Assembly (NCBI GenBank): GCA_045863235.1
Contig: BTUM01000007.1
Coordinates: 1-64,000 of the forward strand
Origin: Candidatus Xenobia bacterium
GTDB taxonomy: Bacteria > Vulcanimicrobiota > Xenobia > Xenobiales > QWHO01
Direction: 5' to 3'
DNA length: 64,000 bases
This document shows positions 1 through 11,534 of the stretch, one piece after another. Both the position numbers and the translations under genes were made by a program. The notes beneath the pieces were generated by a model that was given only the letters and a program-made list of their open reading frames with translations, was not told where the DNA came from and made no database searches. Each line of letters opens with the position of its first letter. Position 1 is the stretch's first letter.

Positions 1-381
1 CTCTGCTCCGTGCGGTCGGGTTCCCAGCCTGCGGCCTTTCCAGCCTCCTGAATCGAACAAAGAGTCGATACCGCCGGTATAAGAAGCGAGCACCAGTTTG
101 GTTCATCGGGCTCATTTCGACGAACGGGGCTGACACGTCCTGAGCACGGGCGAGGCCTGAATCGTTCGATACGGTCAAGCGCTCGGACTTTGTGCGATAC
201 AGGCCTGCGGTCATCGCAGCCGGGCGTGCCAAGGACGAGTTGCTCGACTGGATGGCGTCCGTGAGCCGGGTATCAGCCGTGATGAGCCGAGTGGTTAACG
301 CCACCGCCTTTCAACGGATCCCTCCCGCTCCGCAAGCCGGTTGAAGGACAGCCAGCCCGGTTTGCACAATTTTCACCCACA

Positions 382-2073
382 ATGTCCCCTGAAGAGTTGC
401 TCGCGTTGGTAGTTGACGGCGAATCGCTGCGCCTTGAGCTCAAAGGCGAGAGTCGGCATCCCCTCAATGATCGCGACCTGGTGGAGGCCGTTGTGTGTCT
501 GGCCAACCGGTCGAGCTCAGAGCCCGGCTGGCTTTTCGTGGGGATCGAGGACGACGGGCAGATCACGGGGGCGCGCCAGCGTCACGAGGGGCGCACGGAC
601 CCACGCCGGCTGCAGGCCCTGCTGGCCAATCGCACCAGACCCTCGTTGTCCTGTCCGGTCGAGGTGGTCGAGGTTTCGGGCCGCGAAGTCATCGTGATCG
701 AGGTGCCGACCAGTCGAACTCCGGTTTCGACAACTGATGGCATCTTCTTGCGGCGCGCTCTGGGCCATCACGGCGCACCCGAGTGTTTGCCGATGTCTTT
801 TTATGAGATGCAGTCTCTCCAGGCCGACCGGGGAACTTTGGATTAGTCCGCTCTCGAAGTGCCCGGGTTGACCTGGGAGGATCTCGACCCGCTCGAGTTC
901 GCCCGGTTTCGACGGCGCATCGAGGAGAGCCGCGGACAGGGGGACAGAACGCTTCTCGATCTCTCCGACATCGATCTGGCCAAGGCTCTGGGCGCGGTGC
1001 GCGCCAATCACACGGTCACCTCGGTCCGTATACTCGGCTTGCTGCTTTTCGGCAAGGAACAGGCCTTGCGTGAGAACCTTCCTGCTCACGAGGTAGCCTT
1101 TCAGGTTCTGCACGATACCAGGGTGGAGGTCAATGAGTTCTTCCGCTGGCCCTTGCTCCGGGTGGTCGACGAGGTAGAGGCTCGATTTCGAGCGCGCAAC
1201 CGCGAAGAAGAGGTCATGCTTGGAATGACTCGCCGGGGGATCCCGGACTATCCCGAGCGGGCGATGCGTGAGGCGCTGGTCAACGCTTTGATCCATCGTG
1301 ACTACACCCGGTTGGGCACGGTGCACCTGCAGTGGCATCCGGACAGGCTGATCTACTCCAATCCGGGTGGCTTTCCCGAGGGAATCCGGTTGGATAACCT
1401 GCTGGTGGCCCCCCCGACTCCGCGCAACCCATCCCTGGCCGATGCCTTCAAGCGCGCCGGATTGGTGGAGCGAACCGGCCGCGGGATCGACATCCTGTAT
1501 GAAGAGCAGCTTCGTAATGGGCGACCGGCGCCATCCTACGAAGGCAGCACACCGACCAGCGTCGTCCTGGTCCTTCCCGGTGGAGCGCCCAACCTGGCTT
1601 TCGTCAGAATGGTGGTGGAGGAGTCCCGCTCGGGTTACGATCTGCGACTGGGAGACCTGCTGGTGCTCAATCACCTGTGGTTGGAGCGCCGCCTGACGAC
1701 CGCTGATGCAGCTCGCTTGCTGCAGCGCTCGGAGGCCGAGGCGAGGGCTCTGCTCGGTCGTCTGGTCGAAGCCGGCCTGATCGAGCACCGAGGGGATGGT
1801 CGCGCTCGCTCGTACCACCTGGCGGCTTCCACCTATCGAAGTCTGGGACAGAAAGTGGAGTATGTCCGACAGCGCGGCTTCGAGCCCATGCAGCAGGAGC
1901 AGCTGGTGCTGCAGTATGTCCACAAACACGGCCGCATCACCCGTCGAGAGGCCGCCGAGCTCTGTCGGCTGAGCCCCTACCAGGCGTCGCGCGTCTTGCA
2001 GATGATGACCGACCGTGGCCAGTTGACATCTCGAGGGAAGATGAAGGGGACCTATTACGAGCTGTCGGACTAA
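382..2073 (+). pseudogene. AlbA_2/Schlafen-domain + HATPase_c_4 + C-terminal HTH protein (putative regulator), interrupted by in-frame TAG at 844-846
   Basis: ORFs 382-846 (GESLRLELK, VCLAN, LFVGIEDDG) and 859-2073 (REALVNALIHRDY, NPGGFP, RNPSLADAF, VERTGRG, HTH tail) are in the same frame, separated only by GAT TAG TCC GCT (D*SA). Confidence 0.8.
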
Positions 2074-2136
2074 ATACGAGCGCGCTCGTATTCTTTTTGG
2101 GTCCGCTCGTATTTTATGAGCGCGCGCTCGTATTTT
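2073..2136. repeat. 20-bp perfect palindrome followed by a T-run, overlapping three CGCTCGTATT direct repeats at 21-bp period
   Basis: AATACGAGCGCGCTCGTATT at 2073-2092 then CTTTTT; CGCTCGTATT at 2083, 2104 and 2125. Confidence 0.8.
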
Positions 2137-2243
2137 CAGCGAGCCTGTGAGCGGTTGTTCGGGCGGATCGAGCCGGCTCTCTGCAGGACGTCGAATTTTG
2201 CCCTGGAAGCGTCGCGCGCAAGTCTGGCACGGAGAAGTGGCAA

Positions 2244-3515
2244 GTGGCAAAGAACACGCGACAGCAACAGAAAGTGCGCGCTCAAAAGCGGGCCAAGCGA
2301 GAGAAGAAGGCGTCGGGGCGGCGGACAAGGCCTCAGGAGTCCGATCTCGCCAGGGAAGCGCGCGAGCTGCTCGCCCTGCGACCCGAGCTCGCCGGACTGA
2401 GGTTTCCCGCCGCGAAGGTGCGCAGCCAGCTGGAGCGACTGGATGAGCTGGCCACGCAACTGCTCTCGGGCGAGCTGGAGCTGGAAAACCTGCCCGGCCC
2501 CTACGACCTGCGGGTGCTCCGAGGTGACCTGGTCAGCGCGCTGGCCGACGACAACCTGGCTCAACTCGCGGTCACCGCGCTGCGGGGGCTGGGGGTCGGC
2601 GGTCGACGCGCCGGGGCCCGCGACTTGCTGTTGGCCGGCGCCCTGGGCCACCTGGGCGGAGAAGGCGCCGTGGGCAATCCCCTCTGGGAGGCGCTGCTTG
2701 ACCGCTCCCTGCGCGACCCGGAGCTTGGCCCTCAGCTTGCCTTGCGCTCGAGGTGGCTCGATGAGGACGTCCCTTTTGTGGCGGAACTGGTCCTCCCCGG
2801 CCGCGCGCTGCTTCAGGACATGACCGGAGCCAGCGCCGAGCAGATGGAAGCCCTGGACCGGATCGACAAAGAGCTCATGCAGGCCGGTCAGCTCGATGTG
2901 GGAGTCCACTTTCTGTATCCCATGCTGCAGGCCGAGGCCAAGTTGCTGGTTCTGGCCCGGGGGCTCGACCCGGATGAGCGGGTCAGGCTTTACGCCCGCC
3001 TGAATCTTGCCTGGGCCCGCTCGGCTCCCCCAGAGCTTCTCGACAGCCTGGCCGGGCCCGTCCCCTCCCTGGGCGAGGCCAGCGAGCTGGGCCTGGCCTG
3101 GTTGGGGAGACAGCTCAATTTCCAACGGCTCCTCCCGGACTGGATCTGGCCACGATTCGGCGTTGATCCAGACAGCCCCGAGCCGGCTCTCGATCTGGCC
3201 CACGACCTGAGCGAGCACCAGGGCCGGGTCGAGGAGGCGATCGGAATTCTGCAATGGGTGACGGGCAAGTACCCGGAGCTCTTCGAAGCCCACCTCGAGC
3301 TGGCCCGGTTGTGGTCACTGGGCGGTGAGCGTGAGAAGGCGCAGCAATCGGCTCGGCGCTGCCTGACCGAGCTACACCGCCTGCCTCCCGACACCGTGCC
3401 TGCGGAAGGGATCAAGACCGTCGAGGAGCAGGTCCGGGCAATCCTGGCGGGTTCCCCGCTGGCGGGCACGGGCTGCTCGGGTGCCCATCACGACCATGGA
3501 GCCGCCCGCGCCTGA
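2244..3515 (+). CDS. hypothetical protein with basic N-terminus and TPR-like C-terminal helices
   Basis: 423-aa ORF with GC3-rich codons; C-terminal EEAIGILQ...EAHLELARLW...EKAQQSARRCL resembles a TPR. Confidence 0.65.
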   Translation: MAKNTRQQQKVRAQKRAKREKKASGRRTRPQESDLAREARELLALRPELAGLRFPAAKVRSQLERLDELATQLLSGELELENLPGPYDLRVLRGDLVSALADDNLAQLAVTALRGLGVGGRRAGARDLLLAGALGHLGGEGAVGNPLWEALLDRSLRDPELGPQLALRSRWLDEDVPFVAELVLPGRALLQDMTGASAEQMEALDRIDKELMQAGQLDVGVHFLYPMLQAEAKLLVLARGLDPDERVRLYARLNLAWARSAPPELLDSLAGPVPSLGEASELGLAWLGRQLNFQRLLPDWIWPRFGVDPDSPEPALDLAHDLSEHQGRVEEAIGILQWVTGKYPELFEAHLELARLWSLGGEREKAQQSARRCLTELHRLPPDTVPAEGIKTVEEQVRAILAGSPLAGTGCSGAHHDHGAARA

Positions 3516-3666
3516 TCGGGGAGACGACGGCTCAGGCCCCGGCAATTGATCCGTTGTTATATTTATTGCTGGCCACCGAATTCGAGGGCTGCCTGAATCG
3601 GGCAGTGGGCGCTCTGGGCCAGCGGCACCGGGTCGTGTGCCGAAAGCCCTCGTCAGCGAAGAACAG

Positions 3667-5322
3667 TCACTGCAACATCCCCCGCCGCGCCTGCTCGGAG
3701 CTCGCAAGCACATACAGCCGGTGCCGCGCCCGCGAGCAGGCCACGAAGAGCTCGGGCCGGTCCCACTTGGGCGGCGCGAGCTCGTCCATCTCGACCAAGA
3801 CCATCACCTCGGCCTCCATCCCCTTGAAGGCCCGGATGCTCGAAAACCACACCGCCCTGTCGGAGAGCCAGGCCTCCACGTCCTGCGTGAGGGCGTACTT
3901 CCCCAGGCGCTCTCCGGCCAGGGCCGAGTTGGCCGGCTTGCGCCGGCTGAGCAGGGCCACCTGGGAAGGGCGCAGGCGCTCCTGGTCGAGCAGTCTCTTG
4001 AGCAGGGCCTGACAGCTTCTCCGCAGCTCCTCGTCGTCAGAGTAGACCGTCACCTCGGGTGGGCAGCCGTCGGGAGTGCCGGGTGGGCTCTTGATGTCCT
4101 GGCCGAGCACCTGGCCGCAGATGCGGGCGATGGATCGGGTGTTGCGGCAGTTCTCATCGAGCACGTAGAGCATGCCTTCGGGGAACTCCATGCCCGTATC
4201 GAACAGGTTCTGATCGGGGTCGAAGAACAGGTAGAGAGGGCCGTTCGGCACCCGGCCCAGGGCCTCGATGGCCACCCACCACTCGTCGTGAAAGTCCTGG
4301 GCCTCGTCGACCACGATGGCGTCGTAGCGCTCGTCGACCCGCGCAAGAGCATCCAGGATGCCCTCGGCCGAGCGATAGCGCCAGAAATCAGCGGCATCTT
4401 CTTTGGGAACCACGAACTCGATGCCGGCCCTGGAGCAGAGCTCAAAGCAAAGAGAGTGGAAGTTGATGACCTTGAGGCCTTCTTGATCGCCCACCTGGCG
4501 CCGCAGCCAGAAGGGAAGGCTCTTGTTGTAGCAGAGCAGCAGCGTGGAGCGGCCTTCCCGGGCGAAGGCCAGAGCCCGGTGCAGGGCCAGCATGGTCTTG
4601 CCGCTGCCGGCGGTTCCCTGCACCTTGACGCGCGGGTTGGCGAAGATGCGGGCCAGCGCCCGGGCCTGGGATTCGGTGAGCTGCACCAGGGCCTCTTCGT
4701 CGCGCTTGAGGCAGTGGCCGAGCGGGGTCACCAGGTGGAAGGTCGACTGCAGGGCGGTCTTGATCTGCTCGAAGTCGGAAGGGTGCATCTGGCTCGACTT
4801 CTGGTCGCGGCTCCAGTCGCGCAGGGTATCGCGCACCCTCTCGCCCAGGTGGGGCAGGTCGCGCAGCGAGTAGAGCACCGAGCCCTGGGCTCCCGGGGGC
4901 AGGGTGCCCAGGTAGTTGCACTCGGGAAACGCCACCGCGTAGCCGAAAGTGCATGGAAAGCCTCCGGCACGAGGAAAGCGACCGCGCTCGAGGATCTGCT
5001 TTCTCAGGTCGTGGGTGTTTCCCCGGGCCTGGGCGAAGGGGTCGTCCATCGGGTAGCCGTTCTGCCACCACTGGCGCAGGTCGGGGTCATACTCGAGCTG
5101 GCCTCCTTTCACCTCCAGCACCAGCATGCCGTGGCGGCGGTGGAGCAGCACGAAGTCGACTTCTCCTTCTTTGAGGTGAGCGTCCTTGCGCAGCAGGTGG
5201 TAGTTGCAGTAGATGGTCCACTCCTGGTCCAGGCCTTTTTGCAGGGCTTCGGCCACCTGTCTCTCACCGGCATTGTCCATCAGCTCGAGCTTGAGCTCGG
5301 GCACGAAGCGGGCTCCGCTCAC
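3667..5322 (-). CDS. NERD (PD-(D/E)XK) nuclease fused to a UvrD-like SF1 helicase
   Basis: GEVDFVLLHRRHGMLVLEVKGG (NERD), GTAGSGKT (Walker A), IVVDEAQD (Walker B), ENCRNT, FKGMEAE, VACSRA. GTG start at 5322 overlaps the upstream stop (GTGA). Confidence 0.88.
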   Translation of the reverse strand: MSGARFVPELKLELMDNAGERQVAEALQKGLDQEWTIYCNYHLLRKDAHLKEGEVDFVLLHRRHGMLVLEVKGGQLEYDPDLRQWWQNGYPMDDPFAQARGNTHDLRKQILERGRFPRAGGFPCTFGYAVAFPECNYLGTLPPGAQGSVLYSLRDLPHLGERVRDTLRDWSRDQKSSQMHPSDFEQIKTALQSTFHLVTPLGHCLKRDEEALVQLTESQARALARIFANPRVKVQGTAGSGKTMLALHRALAFAREGRSTLLLCYNKSLPFWLRRQVGDQEGLKVINFHSLCFELCSRAGIEFVVPKEDAADFWRYRSAEGILDALARVDERYDAIVVDEAQDFHDEWWVAIEALGRVPNGPLYLFFDPDQNLFDTGMEFPEGMLYVLDENCRNTRSIARICGQVLGQDIKSPPGTPDGCPPEVTVYSDDEELRRSCQALLKRLLDQERLRPSQVALLSRRKPANSALAGERLGKYALTQDVEAWLSDRAVWFSSIRAFKGMEAEVMVLVEMDELAPPKWDRPELFVACSRARHRLYVLASSEQARRGMLQ

Positions 5323-7418
5323 GGCAGCACCTCCCGAAGAAAGCTCAGGGTCCGGGGCAGGTCGATGAGATACTCCCGCACCACCTCGAGCGTGCGCCGG
5401 CGGGGCAGGGCGTCCTGAAACTTGCTCAGGCGGTACTCGGGCATGGCCTTGAGCAGCCGGTCCTGAAAGTCGGGCTCTTCCCACAGCTCGGGCCGGGCGA
5501 GCTGGCGCAGACTGTCCTCCACTTTGGGATCGTCCGAGCGGCGGATGCGCAGGCGGAAGTTGTCGGACGCCACACTCCAGCCGTGCAGCAGGCCCAGGCC
5601 GTACTTCAGGGTCTGGTTGACGGCGCCGCCGGCGTAGGTCCACACCAGCTCGTCCTCGCCCCCCACCTCCACCGCCAGGCCCCGGTGCGAGGCGCGCTCG
5701 TGCCGCAGCGTGGCCAGAGCTGCGGCGGCGCTCTGGTCGAGGTAGGGGAGTGGGGTCTCGGAGGTGGCCAGCTGGTGCATCTTGCGGCACAGCTCATAGC
5801 CCAGGAACTGGGGCACGTAGCCGGCCCAGGTGGGCTTCATGCCGGCCGGGGCGGGGGCCACCTTCACCAGCCGCTCGCGATGGAAGACCTCGCGCACCAG
5901 CCAGGGACGACCGCCCAGCAGAAACGAGCTCATCTCGGCCACCAACTTGTCCACGAACGATTGCTCCAGAGAGCCGATGTCCTTGCCGCCCTCGGCCGCC
6001 ACCCGATAGAGCTGGGGAGTGGAGAAGACGGCGTAGATCTCTATGAAGTTCTTGCGGCCAAAGACCCGCTCGGCGTGCTGGCCCATCGAGAGAAGGCCCC
6101 CTGACGAGAACAGGTAGTCGTTGGTCAGCATGTGATCGATCAGCTCGTCGACCTCGGCCCGGGTGATGCCGGAGAAGTCGGGAACTCCCTTGAGCTCGTC
6201 CCAGCACCGCTCGGGGCTGATGCCGCCGTACTGCAGGCACAGGGCCAGCAGCTGGTGGACCAGCACCGGCCAGCACCGCGTCTGGGGACGCACCGACTCG
6301 ACCCGGCCCTCGCGCGCCAGCTCGACGATGGCGGCGGCCTGCAGCACCACCTCGGGGTCGGTGCACAAAAACATGGTGTTGGCTCGCTGTCCCGAGCGGC
6401 GGCCGGTGCGGCCCATGCGCTGCAGGAAGGAGGAGACGGTGGAGGGAGCGTCGGCCTGAAAGACGCGATCCAGGTCGCCCACGTCGATGCCCAGCTCGAG
6501 GGTGGAGGTGCAGGCGATCAGGGCGTTGCTGCCGTGGTGGAAGCGGTGCTCGGCGGCCTGGCGCTCTTCGAGCGAGACCGAGCTGTGGTGCACGAAGACG
6601 TCGATGCCGCGGCCGCGCAGGCGCTGGGCCACCGACTCGGTGAGGGCCCGGCTCTGGCAGAAGAACAGGCTCTTTTGTCCCTGAGCCGCCCCGGCGGCCG
6701 CCCGGGCCACCTGCTCCTCGGTGGGACAGTAGCGCACGGCGATCTCGCGGCCCCCCGGCGGACGCGGGGGATCGACCACCCGGCCCGGGCGTCGCGAGGG
6801 CCCGCTGAGCCAGGTCAGGATGTCGTGGGGGTTGCCCACCGTGGCCGACAGGCCGACCCGCTGCACGTCGTGGCGCGAGAAGCGGCCCAGGCGCTGGAGC
6901 ACGGCCATGAGGTGGGCTCCCCGGTCGCTGCCGGCGAGGGCGTGGACCTCGTCGATCACCACCGCCCGCAGGTCGGCGAACAGGCGGGCGTGGGGAACTC
7001 TGGGCGAGAGGAGCATGACCTCCAGCGACTCGGGGGTGGTCATCAACAGCTCGGCGGGCTCCTTGAGAAAGCGCCGGCGCTCGGCCTGGGTGGTGTCGCC
7101 GTGCCACAGAAAGCGGCGCAGGCCCACCATCTCGGTGTAGGTGCCCAGACGCTCGGCCTGGTTGTTGAGCAAAGCCTTGATGGGGGCGAGGTAGAGGGCG
7201 CCCACGGCCGAGGGGGGGCGCTCCATCAAATCGGCCAGCACAAAGAACATGGCCGCCTCGGTCTTGCCTCCGGCGGTGGGAGCCAGGATGATGGCGTTGC
7301 AGCCGTCGAGCAGAGCCGCTCCGGCCTCTTCTTGCACCGGACGCAGGCTGGTCCAGCCCAGCCGGGACACGATGGCCTCCTGCATCCGGGGCGGCAGACG
7401 GGCGAAGGTTGCGATCAC
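5319..7418 (-). CDS. brxHI: BREX-associated Lhr-like DEAD/DEAH helicase (BrxHI)
   Basis: APTAGGKT, DEVH, SAT, TSTLELGIDVG, QRMGRTGRR; lies directly downstream of brxD as in BREX types 2 and 6. Confidence 0.85.
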   Translation of the reverse strand: MIATFARLPPRMQEAIVSRLGWTSLRPVQEEAGAALLDGCNAIILAPTAGGKTEAAMFFVLADLMERPPSAVGALYLAPIKALLNNQAERLGTYTEMVGLRRFLWHGDTTQAERRRFLKEPAELLMTTPESLEVMLLSPRVPHARLFADLRAVVIDEVHALAGSDRGAHLMAVLQRLGRFSRHDVQRVGLSATVGNPHDILTWLSGPSRRPGRVVDPPRPPGGREIAVRYCPTEEQVARAAAGAAQGQKSLFFCQSRALTESVAQRLRGRGIDVFVHHSSVSLEERQAAEHRFHHGSNALIACTSTLELGIDVGDLDRVFQADAPSTVSSFLQRMGRTGRRSGQRANTMFLCTDPEVVLQAAAIVELAREGRVESVRPQTRCWPVLVHQLLALCLQYGGISPERCWDELKGVPDFSGITRAEVDELIDHMLTNDYLFSSGGLLSMGQHAERVFGRKNFIEIYAVFSTPQLYRVAAEGGKDIGSLEQSFVDKLVAEMSSFLLGGRPWLVREVFHRERLVKVAPAPAGMKPTWAGYVPQFLGYELCRKMHQLATSETPLPYLDQSAAAALATLRHERASHRGLAVEVGGEDELVWTYAGGAVNQTLKYGLGLLHGWSVASDNFRLRIRRSDDPKVEDSLRQLARPELWEEPDFQDRLLKAMPEYRLSKFQDALPRRRTLEVVREYLIDLPRTLSFLREVLP

Positions 7419-8723
<1,305 letters not shown>

Positions 8724-8735
8724 GGTGTGGCTCCT

Positions 8736-11534
8736 TCAGTCTTTGAGATAGCGTTTGCCGGCCGCGCTCGAGTCGATGCGTACCCCGAAGGGCAGCAGCC
8801 GCAAGTAGTTATCGAAGTCGCGGGTGAAGGCGCGGGCCCTGCGAGGCGTGCCCAGCATGGCGATCACCTCGGCCTCTTCCACGCTGCCGAAGCGCTCGAT
8901 GTGCTGGAACACGCGCACCACGGCCTGGTCTTCGAAGTGATCCACCCACGAGAGCACCTGCTCGGCCACGACCTGTCCCCCGCTGACCGGGAAGAACACG
9001 CTCAGGCGGCAGGGCTCCACCTCCTCGTTGCCGTCGGGATGGAACAGCTCCACCGGGGCCTTCTCGGTGCGCCCGCCCTGCAGCTTGAAGAAGACCTCAG
9101 CGCTCTGGCCCACCTTCAGGTGGAGGCGCTGGTTGACCAGCTCGGCTCCCTGGACGTCCTCGATGACCACCTCCACCTCGAGATCGGGCGGAACGCGCAA
9201 CGCCACTGGCAGAACCGGGGGGACTGCGAAGCTGAGAACGCCTTCGGAGCGGTCTTCCAGGAGCACCTTCAGGCGATTGCGGCCGAGCACCGGGGGCATG
9301 GACTCGCCGCTGAGCGCGTAACGGGCCAGTCGGGGGGCTCGGGCGGCGCGAAACGAAAGGCTCAGCACCGGGATGACCCGCTCTTGCAGGCTGTTGCCCC
9401 CGTGCACGAAGTTGCCCCGCCCCTGGAAGACGCGGCTGTCGCGCAAAAACATGAGATAGCCCTCGGCCCCTCCGTAGTTGAGCGCCTTGAGGGGGACGCT
9501 GGCCATCGATTCCTCGCGCACCGGGTGCTCGGTGAGCACGTAGCGGCGGCTGCTCTGGCCGCCCCGATAGGGGTAGGGCTCGCGCGACTCGTCAAGCAGC
9601 AGAAAGCCGTGGTCGGAAGTGATCACGAACTCGTCCACCCCGGCATTGCGCAGGTGCTGCACCGCCGAGCGCAGCTGGCCGAGCCAGCGGTCGAAGCTGG
9701 CCAGGCCCACGTCAGCCTCGCCGCTGCCGTCGATCTCACGGCTGTGCACCACGATCAGGGCGGCGTTCTTGACCTTTTGGGCCAGCTTCTCGGGTACCGT
9801 GTTGCTCACCTCGCTCAGAGTCAAGAGCAGGGGGGTGCGGCGCGAGCCGGTGTGGCGCTCGAGGCTGCGCTCAGCCATGGCCCGCACTCGCTGTTGGGGG
9901 GTGTGCACGCTGTACTCTCCGGCTCGAAAGCCTGAGAACGAGCTGCCGTCCAGAGTGAGGTTGCCGTCGCGGCAGACGGGGGCGAGCACGTTCATGCCCA
10001 CCGAGGTGATGGAGGGCAGCTCGGAGTAGCGGGCTTTGAGGTGCACCTGGCCCTCCAGGCTCTCGGCCAGCTCGGCGGCCATCTCAAAGCGCAGCGCGTC
10101 CACCATGAAGAAGGCCACCCGGCCGTCCGGGGCCTGAGTCAGCGGGTGCACCACCTGATCGTAGAGATGGCGTTGCTGCAGCCGGGGCTCGGGCAGGAAG
10201 CTCTCTTGCGAGCAAAGGTCGTTGAAGGCGGCGGTGAGATGGTCGAGCCACTCGCGGTAGGCCCTGCGCAGCCGCCGGAAGCCGCGCTCCAGGGCCTGGT
10301 AGTGGGGTAGCTGGGGGGTCCACAGCTGCAGACGTTCTTGCTCGAAATGGCGGTGGGCCTGGTCCACCTGGTGGGCACCCCCGGTGTAGCTTGCGAGGGC
10401 ATCCTCGAGGTTGCGACAGCCTTTCAGGGGGGCGGGGTGGTCGACCAGGAGCTGACCGAGCCGGGCGGCGTCGCGCACCAGACCCCACTCCTGGCGACGG
10501 TTCAGCTCGCTCTGCACCCACACCGAGGGGGCCTCGAGACGCTCTTGCGCCCAGGCCAGGGCCTGACCCCAGCGCTCTTGCTCGAGGCTGGCCAGAGCCG
10601 CTTCCAGCAGGCGGGTGTCCTCGCGGCTGAAGGTATCCACCTTGCCCAGCTCCTCGGGCGAGCCGGCCTCGAGCTCGGCCTCGAGCATGCTCTCGGTCTG
10701 GTTGGCATAGACGCGATAGCGCTCGGGGTGACGCTTGCGAAGGGTGGTCACCAGCTCATGGCAGGTCTTGCACAGGGGGGGCGACAGCGAGCGCAGGGGG
10801 CGCAGTACTTCCAGGTGGGGCGGTCGGTTGAGATCGTGCACATACTCCACCGAAAGCAGCCAGGCGATCCAGGCCTCGGTGAGCGCGCGCAGGGTGCGGG
10901 CGCACTCGCCCTGCAGAAAGAGCTCGGTGAGCTCGGCCGACAGGCCCGTGTGGCGGGCCAGGTAGTTGCGCAGGATCTCGCGCTTCTCGTCGCTGTCGAT
11001 GCGCTCTGTCAGCTCGCTGGGTGTGCGCACCAGAGCATCCAGAACCCGGTCGTGCTGCAGGCTCTCGAGATACTGGTCGAGGCCGGTGCGCTCGGGAGAG
11101 CCAAGCCGGGCCAGCCAGGCCTCGGCGTCCTCGAGCGTGCGCTGGCCCTGGCCGAGAAAGGCCTCGGTTTCCTCGGGCGGAACGCGCCCGGCGGCCACCT
11201 CGCGCACCAGGGTCTCCAGGGCCCGCTCGAAGCGGGTGCCGGCCTTGTAAGCCTCCAGAAGGGGGGTGCCGCGCACGGTCTGATCGGTGTGCCCCGGCAG
11301 ATGGATCAACAAAGCGGTGGGATCCAGGCCGTCGAGCTGACCCTCCAGCGCCAGCAACGCCTCCAGAAAGCTGCCCCGGAAGGCCACGATGGGGGCGAAG
11401 AAGTCGCCTCGCTGGCTCAGATCGTCCACGAACCGGGTGTAGACGCCCTCGCGGTCGAGCCAGAACACCACGCCCCGCTCGCGCAGGCGCGAGGTGATCT
11501 GCTTCTCCAGGGCCTGGGCCAGGGGGCTCGTCAC
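8736..11534 (-). CDS. pglZ: BREX PglZ alkaline-phosphatase-superfamily protein (type-6-like)
   Basis: VDALRFEMA, LPSITSVGM, EID, TSDHGF and HGGNSLQE motifs intact; N-terminal VVFWLD. Confidence 0.92.
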   Translation of the reverse strand: MTSPLAQALEKQITSRLRERGVVFWLDREGVYTRFVDDLSQRGDFFAPIVAFRGSFLEALLALEGQLDGLDPTALLIHLPGHTDQTVRGTPLLEAYKAGTRFERALETLVREVAAGRVPPEETEAFLGQGQRTLEDAEAWLARLGSPERTGLDQYLESLQHDRVLDALVRTPSELTERIDSDEKREILRNYLARHTGLSAELTELFLQGECARTLRALTEAWIAWLLSVEYVHDLNRPPHLEVLRPLRSLSPPLCKTCHELVTTLRKRHPERYRVYANQTESMLEAELEAGSPEELGKVDTFSREDTRLLEAALASLEQERWGQALAWAQERLEAPSVWVQSELNRRQEWGLVRDAARLGQLLVDHPAPLKGCRNLEDALASYTGGAHQVDQAHRHFEQERLQLWTPQLPHYQALERGFRRLRRAYREWLDHLTAAFNDLCSQESFLPEPRLQQRHLYDQVVHPLTQAPDGRVAFFMVDALRFEMAAELAESLEGQVHLKARYSELPSITSVGMNVLAPVCRDGNLTLDGSSFSGFRAGEYSVHTPQQRVRAMAERSLERHTGSRRTPLLLTLSEVSNTVPEKLAQKVKNAALIVVHSREIDGSGEADVGLASFDRWLGQLRSAVQHLRNAGVDEFVITSDHGFLLLDESREPYPYRGGQSSRRYVLTEHPVREESMASVPLKALNYGGAEGYLMFLRDSRVFQGRGNFVHGGNSLQERVIPVLSLSFRAARAPRLARYALSGESMPPVLGRNRLKVLLEDRSEGVLSFAVPPVLPVALRVPPDLEVEVVIEDVQGAELVNQRLHLKVGQSAEVFFKLQGGRTEKAPVELFHPDGNEEVEPCRLSVFFPVSGGQVVAEQVLSWVDHFEDQAVVRVFQHIERFGSVEEAEVIAMLGTPRRARAFTRDFDNYLRLLPFGVRIDSSAAGKRYLKD

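Noticed and set aside
844..846. Genome-wide TAG recoding or pyrrolysine
   Set aside because: TAG terminates several well-defined genes here (brxD, SNF2, PLD, SBP, TPR), and no pyl genes or suppressor tRNA are in the window.
2083..2136. CRISPR array or plasmid iterons
   Set aside because: Repeat cores are only 10 nt with 11-nt gaps, and there is no cas or rep gene.
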